Shown here piece after piece: positions 38,380 through 48,472 of a stretch of DNA of 64,000 bases. The first letter of the stretch is position 1; each line of letters opens with the position of its first letter. This stretch comes from Candidatus Multivoradales bacterium (GTDB lineage: Bacteria; Acidobacteriota; Thermoanaerobaculia; Multivoradales; J023). Under the pieces are notes generated by a model. That model saw only the letters and a program-made list of their open reading frames with translations. It made no database searches and had not been told where the DNA came from. Both the position numbers and the translations under genes were made by a program. Location: positions 704,001 to 768,000 of the forward strand of contig CBDFLE010000005.1 in the NCBI GenBank assembly GCA_965248925.1. The letters are read 5' to 3'.

Positions 38380-40098
38380 TCACCTCGTAGCTTTTTTCGG
38401 CAGGTACAAATCCGTCAACGTGCCCTCAAAGGCTTCCGCCGCCATCGCCACGGTCTCGGATAGAGTGGGGTGGGGATGGATGGTCAGGCCAATGTCGGCA
38501 GCGTCACAATCCATCTCGATCGCCAGCGCCGCTTCGCTGATCAAGTCGCCAGCACCGGGGCCGACAATGCCGGCGCCGAGTAGGCGTTTGGTGGTGGGGT
38601 CGAAGAGTAGCTTGGTGATTCCCTCATCGCGCCCCAGGGCCAGTGAGCGGCCGCTGGCCGCCCACGGGAAAGTAGATTTTTCATAGGCCACACCGTCGGC
38701 TTTGGCGCTTTCCTCGGTCAGGCCGACCCAAGCGACTTCAGGATCGGTGTAGGCCACCGACGGAATCACCCTAGCATCGAAGGCGCTCTTCTGACCCGCA
38801 ACCACTTCGGCGGCAACCTTCGCCTCATGGGTGGCTTTGTGAGCCAGCATCGGTTGGCCAACGATGTCACCAATGGCGAAGATGTGTGGAACGTTGGTTC
38901 GCTGTTGGTGATCGACCGGAATGAAGCCTCGCGAATCGACTTCAACTCCGGCCGCGTCGGCACCGATCTTGGCGCCGTTGGGCTGCCGACCCACTGCCAC
39001 CAAGACCCGATCAAAGAGCTGCTCTGAAGGCGCTTTGCCGCCTTCGAAGCGGACCAGCAATCCCTCGTCCCGCGCCTCGATGGCGGTGACTTTGGAGCCC
39101 AGCCAAATGGCCTCGTAGCGCTTGGTAATGCGCCTTTGCAGGGGCCGTACGAGATCCGCATCGGCACCGGGCATCAGTTGATCGAGCAACTCGACAACGC
39201 TGATTTTAGTGCCCAGGGCAGAGTAGACCGTCGCCATCTCCAAGCCGATAATGCCACCGCCGACCAACAGCAGGCTGCTGGGGATCTCGCTCAAGGCCAA
39301 GGCGCCGGTGGAATCCATCAAACGGGGATCGTCCCAGGGAAAGCCGGGAATTTGCACCGACTGCGAGCCGGCGGCGATGATCGCTTGCTCAAAGCAGATG
39401 GACTGGGTGCCAGCGCTACCTTGGACCGCCAGGGTGTGTTCGTCAACGAAGCTGCCGCTACCCCGGACTATTTGCACATGACGTTTCTTGGCCAACCCGG
39501 TCAGGCCACCGGTAAGCCGTTGGACGATGCCATCCTTCCAGTTTCGTAGGCGATCGAGGTCGATTTTAGGTTGGCCAAAAGAGATGCCGTGGTCGGCAAA
39601 GGAATCAGCTTCATCAATCACCTTGGCGGCGTGTAACATCGCCTTGGAGGGAATGCAGCCAACATTGAGGCAGACGCCACCGATTACCGGGTAGCGCTCC
39701 ACCAAGATCACCTGGCGCCCCAAATCGGCGGCGCGGAAAGCCGCCGTATAACCTCCGGGGCCGGACCCCAAGACCACCAACTGAGTGCTGAGATCCGCCG
39801 CCGCCACAGGCTGGCTGGTTGAAGTCTCGGGCCTCTTGACCTCGCTAGCTGGCGCCGCTTCGACGGCGAGCACGGCGACGACATCCCCGGCACCGACTTG
39901 GTGACCCGGCCGCACTTGCACCGCGACAACTTTGCCGGCGTGAGTAGTCGGGATTTCCAACGAAGCTTTATCACTCTCGAGAGTCACCAGACCCTGTTCA
40001 GCCTCGACATGATCGCCGGGGACGACCAACACCTCAACCACCTCGACCTGCTCCAAATCACCAATGTCGGGGACGCAAACTTCGATTTCTTGGCTCAC
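38380..40098 (-). CDS. lpdA: Dihydrolipoyl dehydrogenase with N-terminal lipoyl domain
   Basis: 'ESDKAS', 'GGVCLNVGCIPSK', 'HPHPTLSE'. Confidence 0.97.
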   Translation of the reverse strand: MSQEIEVCVPDIGDLEQVEVVEVLVVPGDHVEAEQGLVTLESDKASLEIPTTHAGKVVAVQVRPGHQVGAGDVVAVLAVEAAPASEVKRPETSTSQPVAAADLSTQLVVLGSGPGGYTAAFRAADLGRQVILVERYPVIGGVCLNVGCIPSKAMLHAAKVIDEADSFADHGISFGQPKIDLDRLRNWKDGIVQRLTGGLTGLAKKRHVQIVRGSGSFVDEHTLAVQGSAGTQSICFEQAIIAAGSQSVQIPGFPWDDPRLMDSTGALALSEIPSSLLLVGGGIIGLEMATVYSALGTKISVVELLDQLMPGADADLVRPLQRRITKRYEAIWLGSKVTAIEARDEGLLVRFEGGKAPSEQLFDRVLVAVGRQPNGAKIGADAAGVEVDSRGFIPVDHQQRTNVPHIFAIGDIVGQPMLAHKATHEAKVAAEVVAGQKSAFDARVIPSVAYTDPEVAWVGLTEESAKADGVAYEKSTFPWAASGRSLALGRDEGITKLLFDPTTKRLLGAGIVGPGAGDLISEAALAIEMDCDAADIGLTIHPHPTLSETVAMAAEAFEGTLTDLYLPKKATR

Positions 40099-40156
40099 TG
40101 TCGATTCCTTGCCGATGGTTGCTGGGTGGGTCTTGTTCAGGTTCCGCGGCGGAATC

Positions 40157-41482
40157 TCAGAGCAGCAGGCGGCGGATGTCGCTCAGCAGGCCGCTAAGAT
40201 GGACGATGAAACGGGCTGCCGCGGCGCCGTCGATCACTCGGTGGTCGTAAGACAGCGACAGGGGAAGGAGCAGCCGCGGAACAAACTCCTCGCCTTGCCA
40301 AACTGGCTTCCACTGCGAACGCGACACGCCGAGAATCGCCACCTCTGGCGCGTTGACGATCGGCGTGAAGGCGGTGCCGCCAATCCCGCCCAGACTGGAG
40401 ATGGTGAAGCAGCCGCCCTGGAAATCCTGCGGCAACAGCTTGCCGGCTCGAGCCCGGCCACTGACGTCTACCAGCTCAAGGCCGATCTCGGCAAGGCCCT
40501 TCTGGTCGACATCCCGCAACACCGGCACCACCAAGCCACCGGGGGTGTCGACGGCGATGCCGATGTGGACATAGCCCTTGCGGACGATGCTCTTGCCACT
40601 CGGGTGCAGGGAGCTATTGAAGTCGGGGAATTGCCGCAATGCCGCCGCTGCTGCTTTGAGCAAGAAAGCCACCGGCGTCAACTTGTAGCCGTCCCGAGCG
40701 GCCTGTTCCTTTTGCCCTTGGCGAAAAGCTTCCATCTCGGTGATGTCTGCTTCATCGTGTTGAGTGACGTGGGGCACATGCAGCCAGCTGCGGTGCAGAT
40801 TACGCGCCGCGACTTGACGGATGCGCGAAAGCGGTAGTTCCTCTGTGGGGCCGAACTTTGAGAAGTCGATCGCCGGCATCTCAGGCCAAGCAAAGCCAGT
40901 CACCGCAGTGCCAGTCACCGCAGTGCCAGCCATGGTTGTTTTGACCCAGCCTTGCACATCTTCTTTGGTAATCCGCCCTTTACGCCCACTGCCATCAACC
41001 TGGGCGAGAGCGACCCCCAACTCGCGGGCGAGGAGGCGCACACCGGGGCTGGCGTAAGCATCCTTGAGAGCTTCGGGGTCGCTACTAGCTGGCGCGATCG
41101 CCGTCGGCTTCGCCGCAGCTGGAACCGGGGCCGCTGCATCGGGCTCTGGTGGCGCCACACCTGCGGTGCTCGCCTCGGTGGGGTTCGCGGCTTCCTCTGC
41201 TTCGGGCGACCGCGCTGCCTCCACCGCGGCTGCGCTGGCGAGCACGCCGTCGAGAGTGACAATCACAGCTCCCTGAGCGATGGAATCACCGACTTTCACT
41301 GCCACCCTCTGTACCGTGCCGGCGGCCGTTGATGGCACTTCCATCGACGCCTTGTCGCTCTCAAGGGTGATCAGCGCCTGGTCGATACTCACCGTATCGC
41401 CCACCCCCACCAACACCTCGACGACACTGACCTCGTCGAAGTCGCCGATGTCTGGTACCTGAATTTCTATCGTTTGGCCCAT
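40157..41482 (-). CDS. aceF: Pyruvate dehydrogenase E2 acetyltransferase
   Basis: Lipoyl 'ESDKASME', E3-binding 'ASPGVR', 'YDHRVIDG'. Confidence 0.96.
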   Translation of the reverse strand: MGQTIEIQVPDIGDFDEVSVVEVLVGVGDTVSIDQALITLESDKASMEVPSTAAGTVQRVAVKVGDSIAQGAVIVTLDGVLASAAAVEAARSPEAEEAANPTEASTAGVAPPEPDAAAPVPAAAKPTAIAPASSDPEALKDAYASPGVRLLARELGVALAQVDGSGRKGRITKEDVQGWVKTTMAGTAVTGTAVTGFAWPEMPAIDFSKFGPTEELPLSRIRQVAARNLHRSWLHVPHVTQHDEADITEMEAFRQGQKEQAARDGYKLTPVAFLLKAAAAALRQFPDFNSSLHPSGKSIVRKGYVHIGIAVDTPGGLVVPVLRDVDQKGLAEIGLELVDVSGRARAGKLLPQDFQGGCFTISSLGGIGGTAFTPIVNAPEVAILGVSRSQWKPVWQGEEFVPRLLLPLSLSYDHRVIDGAAAARFIVHLSGLLSDIRRLLL

Positions 41483-41498
41483 GGTCGTAGGTCCTTTC

Positions 41499-44174
41499 TC
41501 AAACCGTCGCCGGATCCGGCTTCGCACTGTCAATTTGGTAATGGGCCAAGGCTTTAGTCACCGCCTTGGGATCGATTTCGCCCGCCGTCGCCAGGGCGCG
41601 CAAGGCCGCCACCGCGACAAAATATCTATCGACTTCGAAGAAGCGGCGCAGTTGCTCACGGGTGTCGCTGCGACCGAAACCGTCGGTGCCCAGAGTGGAG
41701 TAGGGCGCCGGCACCCAAGGGCGAATCTGCTCGGAAAAAGCCCGCTGGTAGTCAGTTGCGGCAATCACCGGCCCGCTGCGCTCGCTCAAGCATTGTGCGA
41801 CCCAACAGCTCCGCTGCTCGCCCTCGGGATGCAGCAGGTTGTAGCGCTCGGCGCCGCGCCCATCGCGAGCCAGTTCGTTGAAACTTGGCACGCTCCAGAC
41901 ATCGGCCAACACGTCGAAGTCCTTCTCCAGCAACTCGGCAGCGGCAATCACCTCGCGCAAAATGGCGCCGCAGCCGAGCAGCTGCACCCGCGGCTTCTTG
42001 CTCCCTCTCTTGTTTTCCGACAGCAGGTACATGCCCCGCCGAATGCCCCCTTCGGCACCGCTGGGCATCGCTGGCTGGGGGTAGTTCTCGTTCAGCGTGG
42101 TGATGTAGTAGAAGACATCTTCGCCCTCGCCATACATGCGTTGCAAGCCATCCTGGACGATCACCGCTAATTCATAGCCGTAGGTCGGGTCGTAGCTAAC
42201 GCAAGTCGGCACCGTGGCGGCGATCAGGTGGCTGTGGCCATCTTGGTGCTGCAAGCCCTCGCCGTTGAGAGTCGTCCGGCCCGAGGTGCCGCCGATCAGG
42301 AATCCGCGAGCCCGCTGGTCGGCTGCCGCCCAGATGAAGTCGCCAATGCGTTGAAAGCCAAACATCGAGTAGAAGATGAAGAAGGGAATCATCGGCACGC
42401 CATGAGTGCTGTAGGACATGCCGGCGGCGATCCACGAAGCGATCGCGCCCCCTTCATTGATCCCTTCCTGCAAGATCTGCCCCGCCGCATCCTCGCGGTA
42501 GTAAGCGAGCTGATGGGCATCCACCGGTGTGTAGAGCTGCCCCTGGTGGGCGTAGATGCCAAGCTGGCGGAACATCCCCTCCATGCCGAAAGTGCGGGCT
42601 TCGTCCGCCAGAATCGGCACCAGGTGCTTTTTCAGATTGGCATCGCGGGTCAGTAGACTCAGGATGCGGACAAACGCCAAGGTGGTTGAAATCTGGCGTT
42701 CACCGGAACCTTCGAGCAGGCTCTTAAACGCCGCCAGAGCGGGGATCTCGAGGTTTGCTGAATGATCGACCCGCACTGGGAAATGCCCTCCAAGGGCCTG
42801 GCGGCGTTGCTCCAAGTAGACCATTTCCGGACTATCGGCTGGGGGTTTTAGGAACTTCAGCTTGCTCGCCTGATCATCGTCCAGCGGCACTTGAAAGCGA
42901 TCGCGGAAGTAGAGCACGTCGTCCTGCTTGAGCTTTTTTAACCCGTGCGTGGGGTTCTGGCCCTCGCCCACTGCGCCCATGCCGTAGCCCTTGACCGTCT
43001 TGGCGAGGATGACCGTCGGTTGGCCCCGATGCTCGGTGGCGGCACGGAAGGCGGCATAGATCTTCTTGGTGTCGTGCCCACCGCGCCCCAAGGCTTGCAA
43101 GTCGGCGTCCGAGAAATCCGCCACCATTTTTTCCAGTTCGGGGTGGCCGCCAAAGATCTTCTGGCGGATGAAGTCGCCATCCTTGGTTACCAATTCCTGG
43201 TACTCGCCATCGAGCAGCTCACCCAGTCGTGCCACCAACAAGCCATCGGTGTCGCGGGCTAGGAGGGTGTCCCAGCTCGCATCCCACACCAGCTTGATGA
43301 CATTCCAGCCGGCGCCACGGAACATTCCCTCCAGCTCTTGGATGATCTTGCCGTTGCCGCGCACCGGGCCGTCGAGGCGCTGCAAGTTGCAGTTGACGAT
43401 GAAGGTCAGGTTGTCCAGCCCCTCGCGGACGGCGCAGGTTAGCGCGCCGAGCGACTCCGGCTCGTCAGTCTCGCCATCGCCAAGGAAGGCCCACACCCGG
43501 CGGTCGCCCGCGTCGATCAGACCGCGCTGGTCGAGGTACTTCATGAATCGCGCCTGATAGATCGCCATCAGCGGGCCAAGGCCCATGGAGACGGTGGCAA
43601 ACTGCCAGAAATCAGGCATCAGCCAGGCGTGGGGATACGACGACAGACCATCGTCTTCGCCATCCGATTCGCGGCGAAAGCCCATCAGCCGCGACTCCTT
43701 GAACCGCCCTTCGAGAAAAGCGCGAGCGTAGATTCCTGGCGACGCATGACCCTGGAAGAACACCAAATCGCCCCCGCGCTCAGCCGTAGGCGCGCGCCAG
43801 AAGTGGTTGAAAGCCACCTCCCAGAGATCAGCGATCGACTGGTAGGTGGCGATATGGCCGCCAATCGTGCCCTCAGCCTTGTTGGCCTTGACCACCATCG
43901 CCATCGCATTCCACCGCACCAACGCCGCCAGCTTGCCCTCGATCTCCAGATTGCCGGGATAGTCCGGCTCGTCCTCAGTCCGCAAGGTGTTCACATAGGC
44001 GGTGGTGATCGCCTGGCCAGCACCAGCTACCCCGGCCTGTCCGCCGAGCAGCTCGAGCAAAAACCGGGCACGCTCCGGGCCATCTTCGCGCAGCACATCG
44101 TCCAGAGCATCGAGCCACTCGCGGGACTCCTGCGGGTCGATGTCGGGATTGGGGGTCTGGGGGGCGTTCGGCAT
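41499..44174 (-). CDS. aceE: Pyruvate dehydrogenase E1, homodimeric type
   Basis: 'DIDPQESREW', 'GDGETDEPES', 'NCNLQRLDGPVRGNGKIIQELE', 'LGTDGFGRSD'. Confidence 0.98.
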   Translation of the reverse strand: MPNAPQTPNPDIDPQESREWLDALDDVLREDGPERARFLLELLGGQAGVAGAGQAITTAYVNTLRTEDEPDYPGNLEIEGKLAALVRWNAMAMVVKANKAEGTIGGHIATYQSIADLWEVAFNHFWRAPTAERGGDLVFFQGHASPGIYARAFLEGRFKESRLMGFRRESDGEDDGLSSYPHAWLMPDFWQFATVSMGLGPLMAIYQARFMKYLDQRGLIDAGDRRVWAFLGDGETDEPESLGALTCAVREGLDNLTFIVNCNLQRLDGPVRGNGKIIQELEGMFRGAGWNVIKLVWDASWDTLLARDTDGLLVARLGELLDGEYQELVTKDGDFIRQKIFGGHPELEKMVADFSDADLQALGRGGHDTKKIYAAFRAATEHRGQPTVILAKTVKGYGMGAVGEGQNPTHGLKKLKQDDVLYFRDRFQVPLDDDQASKLKFLKPPADSPEMVYLEQRRQALGGHFPVRVDHSANLEIPALAAFKSLLEGSGERQISTTLAFVRILSLLTRDANLKKHLVPILADEARTFGMEGMFRQLGIYAHQGQLYTPVDAHQLAYYREDAAGQILQEGINEGGAIASWIAAGMSYSTHGVPMIPFFIFYSMFGFQRIGDFIWAAADQRARGFLIGGTSGRTTLNGEGLQHQDGHSHLIAATVPTCVSYDPTYGYELAVIVQDGLQRMYGEGEDVFYYITTLNENYPQPAMPSGAEGGIRRGMYLLSENKRGSKKPRVQLLGCGAILREVIAAAELLEKDFDVLADVWSVPSFNELARDGRGAERYNLLHPEGEQRSCWVAQCLSERSGPVIAATDYQRAFSEQIRPWVPAPYSTLGTDGFGRSDTREQLRRFFEVDRYFVAVAALRALATAGEIDPKAVTKALAHYQIDSAKPDPATV

Positions 44175-44389
44175 AGGTGGTTCCTTGGTCTCTAGCGGCG
44201 TGTGGTGGGAGACGGGCGGAGTCGTGGGAAGAGTATCGTATTGGGGGCGAGGTGGGGAGGCAGCTGACTGTCATCAGCCACCGGGCTCGCATGAGAAGAG
44301 ACGGCCAGCTGCGGAGATTCCAAGGATGGTAGTTTTGTGACTCCTTCTGCCCTGTAGAAGAGTAGTGCCTGGCAGGGGGGGTATCGGAA

Positions 44390-47300
44390 GTGCGGAACAC
44401 TTGGAGTGAGCAGGGTCTGTCCGGTCGCGCCTGCGAGCGGCAGCAGCTGCTTGTGCTCTTTTCCGCGCTTCTGCTGAGTCTAGAGCTGATCAGTTGCTCC
44501 CCGCCACCACCGACCGAAGAAGTGCGGTCGGTGCCCGAAATACTGGCGATTCAGCCGATGACCAGCCGCGGCTCTGTTGCTACCAGCACCGATCTTATCC
44601 CGAACGACGGCGTCCGCTGGCTGGGGGCGCGTTCAGTCGCCCGCTTGGCGAGTGGTGCAGAGTGGCGCCGGTGGGCGAAGGACCCTCAACGCCCCGACTT
44701 GGCCTTTGAACTTGCTGAGGCGTTGTTGACAGTTCCGCCCGAGCGTTCCGAAGCACTCTTGAGCAGTCTCCTCGCGGCGCGCCTGTTGCTAGCGTTGGAC
44801 ATTCGGCCCAGCGTTCTCCTCCTCCAAGCGGGTGCTTTTCGGCGACTTGGATTGTTGCATCAGGCACGCAAAGCCTATCGCGCCTTTCTTGGCCTCGAGC
44901 CGGGCTCACCACGATCTGATCTGGTCTGGGACCAGCTGGCCAACTTGGACAGGCTGGGTCAGCACACCTCTTTGGCTGAGCGATGGAAAAAAGTCGAAGG
45001 CGCCACCTTGGCGACAGATGAAGAACTCCTACAACTAGCGATTGAGTTCCCATGGCTGCTACAAGACAAGCTGATGGGCGAATTATTGCCCGGCTGGGCC
45101 GACTCTACGCTCGCAGACAACCAAGCCTCTGCCAACCGCTCGCTGGAACTCGCTGTAAGGCTGACAGGTGCCCTGCAACGCGCGGGCACTGAAAATCAAC
45201 TGAGCCTCGATGCGCTAGCCTGCGTCGATCACTCGACTGGCCGACTGGCCGAAGACGACTGGCGATTGCTGCTCGAAGGCCTTAGTGAGTACGGTCAGGC
45301 CGAGCGCTTGCCTGAGCTGGCAGCATCGCGCCGTAGCTCGTTCGCGCGCGCCGCCCGCAAGCTTCAGCAGGTCGACTGCCCACTAGCCCTGCGGGTCCAG
45401 CTGGAGTACGCCAAGGAACTCTTTGCGGTTGACAACGACCGCGCCAGGACGCAAATTGAGAAGCTCTCAAAGCGCATCGACAGCTCGCGCTATCCACGCC
45501 TTGCGGCCCATGCGCTATGGATGTCGGGGCTGTCAGAGGCCAGGCATCAGAATCTCTTCCGGGCGGCTCAGAACTATAGCCTTGCTCAAGCGCTGCTAGT
45601 TCAGGTCGGCGATGGTGAAGGGGTAGATGCCCTGGCAGCTCGGCAGTTCGAGACTGAACGCAAACTCGGGCGGACGGCGGACCAATGGAGCCAGCGTCTG
45701 GGCCTGCTGCGCCGGTTTGCCGAACGCGGGCTCACTCGGGAGTTGCACAATCTACTCGAAGACACAACGCATCAGCTGCTGAGCGAAGGCGAAATCGCCT
45801 TGGCCGAGACCTTCCAACTCGAACAGATACCCAACGCTCACAGTCTTGGTAACCAGGTTGCGATCGTAGAAGCACTGACTTTTCGCGCCGAGATCCAGGC
45901 CGCCAAGGGCGATCTCACCGGTAGCCTACGAAGCCTCTTCCGGGCTCGCCTGCAAGCGTCTCAGTTGGGATCAGAGAACAGCGCCCGCCCCGGTCTGGAA
46001 CTCAGTCGGAGGATTGCTGAGACGAAGATCCAGCAACAACTAGATCCACACGCTGCTGTGGTTGAGGTGAGCGATGCCCTGGCGGGCTCAACCCTCACGG
46101 GCCGAGGCGAGCGAATTCCGCGCCTGCTGGGTCTGAGGGCAACGGCGCACCGTGCACTAGCCAACCCCTCCGACGCCCTTACTGATCTCGACACGGCGCT
46201 GGCGATACTCGACACTCGTACAGCCGCTGGTCGTCGCCGCGGGGGCCGATTGAGTTTCTTCGAGAGCGCTCAAGGACTCTTCAACCTGGCTATTGCTATT
46301 GCCGCCGAGGATCTCGGCGATGGGATCCTGGCATTGGCCTACGCAGAAGAATCGCGAGCCCGGGAGCTGACCGAGACGCTCCAAGAGCTATACGGTCCCC
46401 TGCCCTTGCTGACGCCGGCAAATCTTCCGGCGGAGGTGGTATTTCTCGAGGTTGCGGTGCTCGACGAAACGATTCTGGTGTGGAGCATTGACTCTTCGCG
46501 AGTTGAACTCCACGAAGTCCAACACGATCGCTACTGGTTGGCTGACCAAGTCAGGGCAGTGCGTTCGGCCATCGCCTACGGTATTCCTAGTGAAATCCAC
46601 CAGCGCGGTGCGGGGCTTTTTCAGGAGCTGTTCGGCGAGGCACTTGCCGGAGTTACCGCCGAGACGACGCTGGTAATCTCGCCCGACCGAGAGTTGTACG
46701 CACTGCCTTTCGCTGCGCTCCGTCGAAAGGGTCGCTTTCTGATCGAAGATCATGCCTTGGTCATCGCCCCGAGTGGTGCTGTCCACCTGGCGGCAAACGC
46801 TGCGCTGGAGCGCCGTATCAGGTCGTCAGAGCCCGCCGCCTTGGTGATAGGCGACCCCAGATTCGACACTGCGACCTTCGACTTGGACCGACTTCCGGGC
46901 GCGCGGCTCGAAGCAAACCGGGTTGCTGCCATCTACGAACCAAGAGCCCAGCTACTGATCGACCGTCAGGCTACAGCTCTTGCTGTACTGGCTGGCTTCG
47001 AGGGCAAGGATGTAGTGCATATCGGTGCCCACGGAGTCATCTCGCGAGGAGACCCCGAAACCGCGGTAATCGCGCTGGCTCCTGAGACCGAGTGGGGAGA
47101 AGAGCGGGGGCTAAGCCTTGCCAGAATTCGGCGCCTGCGAGCCTTGCCGCCGGCACTGGTCACGCTGGCAGTGTGTCGTTCGGCATCGCCGTTTTCTAAA
47201 GCCCAGCGCGAGGGAGTCGCCGGCCTGGCCGAGGCCTTTCTCGCGGCTGGCGTGCCAACCGTTGTCGCTGCGCTCTGGGATCTCGAAGACCGGGGTTCGA

Positions 47301-47461
47301 GTGAATTCAGCTGGGCGTTCCACCGAGCATACCGCGACGGCCTGGCCGCACACCAAGCTCTGCGGCGAGCACAACTGGAAATGCTCAGGCACCCAGAGAA
47401 ACGGTTTCGCCGACCCCAGTTATGGGCCGCCTCTCAACTCTACGGCGGCTCCAACTTTTAA
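44390..47461 (+). CDS. TPR-like helical + CHAT (caspase-like) protease
   Basis: 'ISPDRELYALPFAAL', 'LPGARLEA', His 'VHIGAHG', Cys 'LAVCRS', 'AFLAAGVPTVVAALW'; possible lipobox LISC. Confidence 0.92.
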   Translation: MRNTWSEQGLSGRACERQQLLVLFSALLLSLELISCSPPPPTEEVRSVPEILAIQPMTSRGSVATSTDLIPNDGVRWLGARSVARLASGAEWRRWAKDPQRPDLAFELAEALLTVPPERSEALLSSLLAARLLLALDIRPSVLLLQAGAFRRLGLLHQARKAYRAFLGLEPGSPRSDLVWDQLANLDRLGQHTSLAERWKKVEGATLATDEELLQLAIEFPWLLQDKLMGELLPGWADSTLADNQASANRSLELAVRLTGALQRAGTENQLSLDALACVDHSTGRLAEDDWRLLLEGLSEYGQAERLPELAASRRSSFARAARKLQQVDCPLALRVQLEYAKELFAVDNDRARTQIEKLSKRIDSSRYPRLAAHALWMSGLSEARHQNLFRAAQNYSLAQALLVQVGDGEGVDALAARQFETERKLGRTADQWSQRLGLLRRFAERGLTRELHNLLEDTTHQLLSEGEIALAETFQLEQIPNAHSLGNQVAIVEALTFRAEIQAAKGDLTGSLRSLFRARLQASQLGSENSARPGLELSRRIAETKIQQQLDPHAAVVEVSDALAGSTLTGRGERIPRLLGLRATAHRALANPSDALTDLDTALAILDTRTAAGRRRGGRLSFFESAQGLFNLAIAIAAEDLGDGILALAYAEESRARELTETLQELYGPLPLLTPANLPAEVVFLEVAVLDETILVWSIDSSRVELHEVQHDRYWLADQVRAVRSAIAYGIPSEIHQRGAGLFQELFGEALAGVTAETTLVISPDRELYALPFAALRRKGRFLIEDHALVIAPSGAVHLAANAALERRIRSSEPAALVIGDPRFDTATFDLDRLPGARLEANRVAAIYEPRAQLLIDRQATALAVLAGFEGKDVVHIGAHGVISRGDPETAVIALAPETEWGEERGLSLARIRRLRALPPALVTLAVCRSASPFSKAQREGVAGLAEAFLAAGVPTVVAALWDLEDRGSSEFSWAFHRAYRDGLAAHQALRRAQLEMLRHPEKRFRRPQLWAASQLYGGSNF

Positions 47462-47490
47462 CCTTGAAACCGCAATAGAGAACCTGTCCA

Positions 47491-48468
47491 ATGACAACAA
47501 TTGATGTGATGTTCGTCGGCCTCTGTTTGGTTTGTTTGGCGGATCACGCCACCTGCCCAAGCGATTCTCCAGCCGGGATTACCAATGCCTACCTGGTGAA
47601 TGCCGGACCGTCAGCAGAAGAGTACCAACCTTGTGATCTCACCGAACCGCTGCACCGGATTCATGTGCCGCGCCTGATCTACCCAGCAGCGGCTGAGGGA
47701 CTCAGGTCCGACCGCCTGGCTATCGTGGATGACTTCATCACCAGTGACGGCCGACGCATGCGGGTAGTCGACCTCACTGGCCATCAGCTGCAAGTGGCTC
47801 TCAATCCCGCCGGCGTCAAGATGAAGGGCGGACGCTGGTGCGAACACGAATACCCCAAGTGGTTCATGCCGGACGCTAGTGATAGTGATTGGATCGCCTC
47901 AGTGCCCGAGATAGATGCAGACGCCGTTAAAATGCTCAGCGAGAGTGATCTCTGGTGCAAGAAGCGCATTTCCTCTATTGTCCGCTTCTCCGGTGGTATG
48001 GTTAGCGCCCAAAGTCTCGGCCACCATCTAGAGCCTGACAAGAAGGGAGACTACGCATTGTGGCAGATTGTCGATGTCACGAGCGGCACTCCGGTAAGTG
48101 ATGTTGATGACTTTCCGAAAGCCCTGGCCGAGCGGATCCGCTGGCGGCGGCGGGCGGAGGTGATCGACTTTCTCAGGTTTACGGACGAGGACGGCGACGT
48201 CATTTTGATGCTGAAGCCAATCAATGACAGGATCGAGCTGGCCATCGCCAACTTGCCACAGACCTCTGATGAGAAACGCTCGAATCCGGCCCTAGAACAC
48301 TTCCTGTGGTTCTATCGGCTTTACCCGGACAGCTCGTCACTCTGTAATGCGCCGTCAGTGATGCTTAGGAAGAAGAAAAAAAGCCCTCAAGGCCGCTCCC
48401 AAAGGCCCTTCAACCCCGCCCTCGACGAAACCGAATTCTGCCCGCCAGCAACTTCAAGCGGAGGCTAA
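47491..48468 (+). CDS. Hypothetical protein downstream of CHAT
   Basis: 325-aa ORF tightly spaced between the CHAT and S8 genes. Confidence 0.8.
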   Translation: MTTIDVMFVGLCLVCLADHATCPSDSPAGITNAYLVNAGPSAEEYQPCDLTEPLHRIHVPRLIYPAAAEGLRSDRLAIVDDFITSDGRRMRVVDLTGHQLQVALNPAGVKMKGGRWCEHEYPKWFMPDASDSDWIASVPEIDADAVKMLSESDLWCKKRISSIVRFSGGMVSAQSLGHHLEPDKKGDYALWQIVDVTSGTPVSDVDDFPKALAERIRWRRRAEVIDFLRFTDEDGDVILMLKPINDRIELAIANLPQTSDEKRSNPALEHFLWFYRLYPDSSSLCNAPSVMLRKKKKSPQGRSQRPFNPALDETEFCPPATSSGG

Positions 48469-48472
48469 AAGC

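Noticed and set aside
40895-40929. 15-bp tandem repeat in aceF (TAVTG twice)
   Set aside because: Slippage in a flexible linker; no sign of function.
47491-48468. Possible bacterial gasdermin next to the CHAT protease
   Set aside because: The context is suggestive, but I see no gasdermin-like sequence pattern; left as hypothetical pending a structure search.
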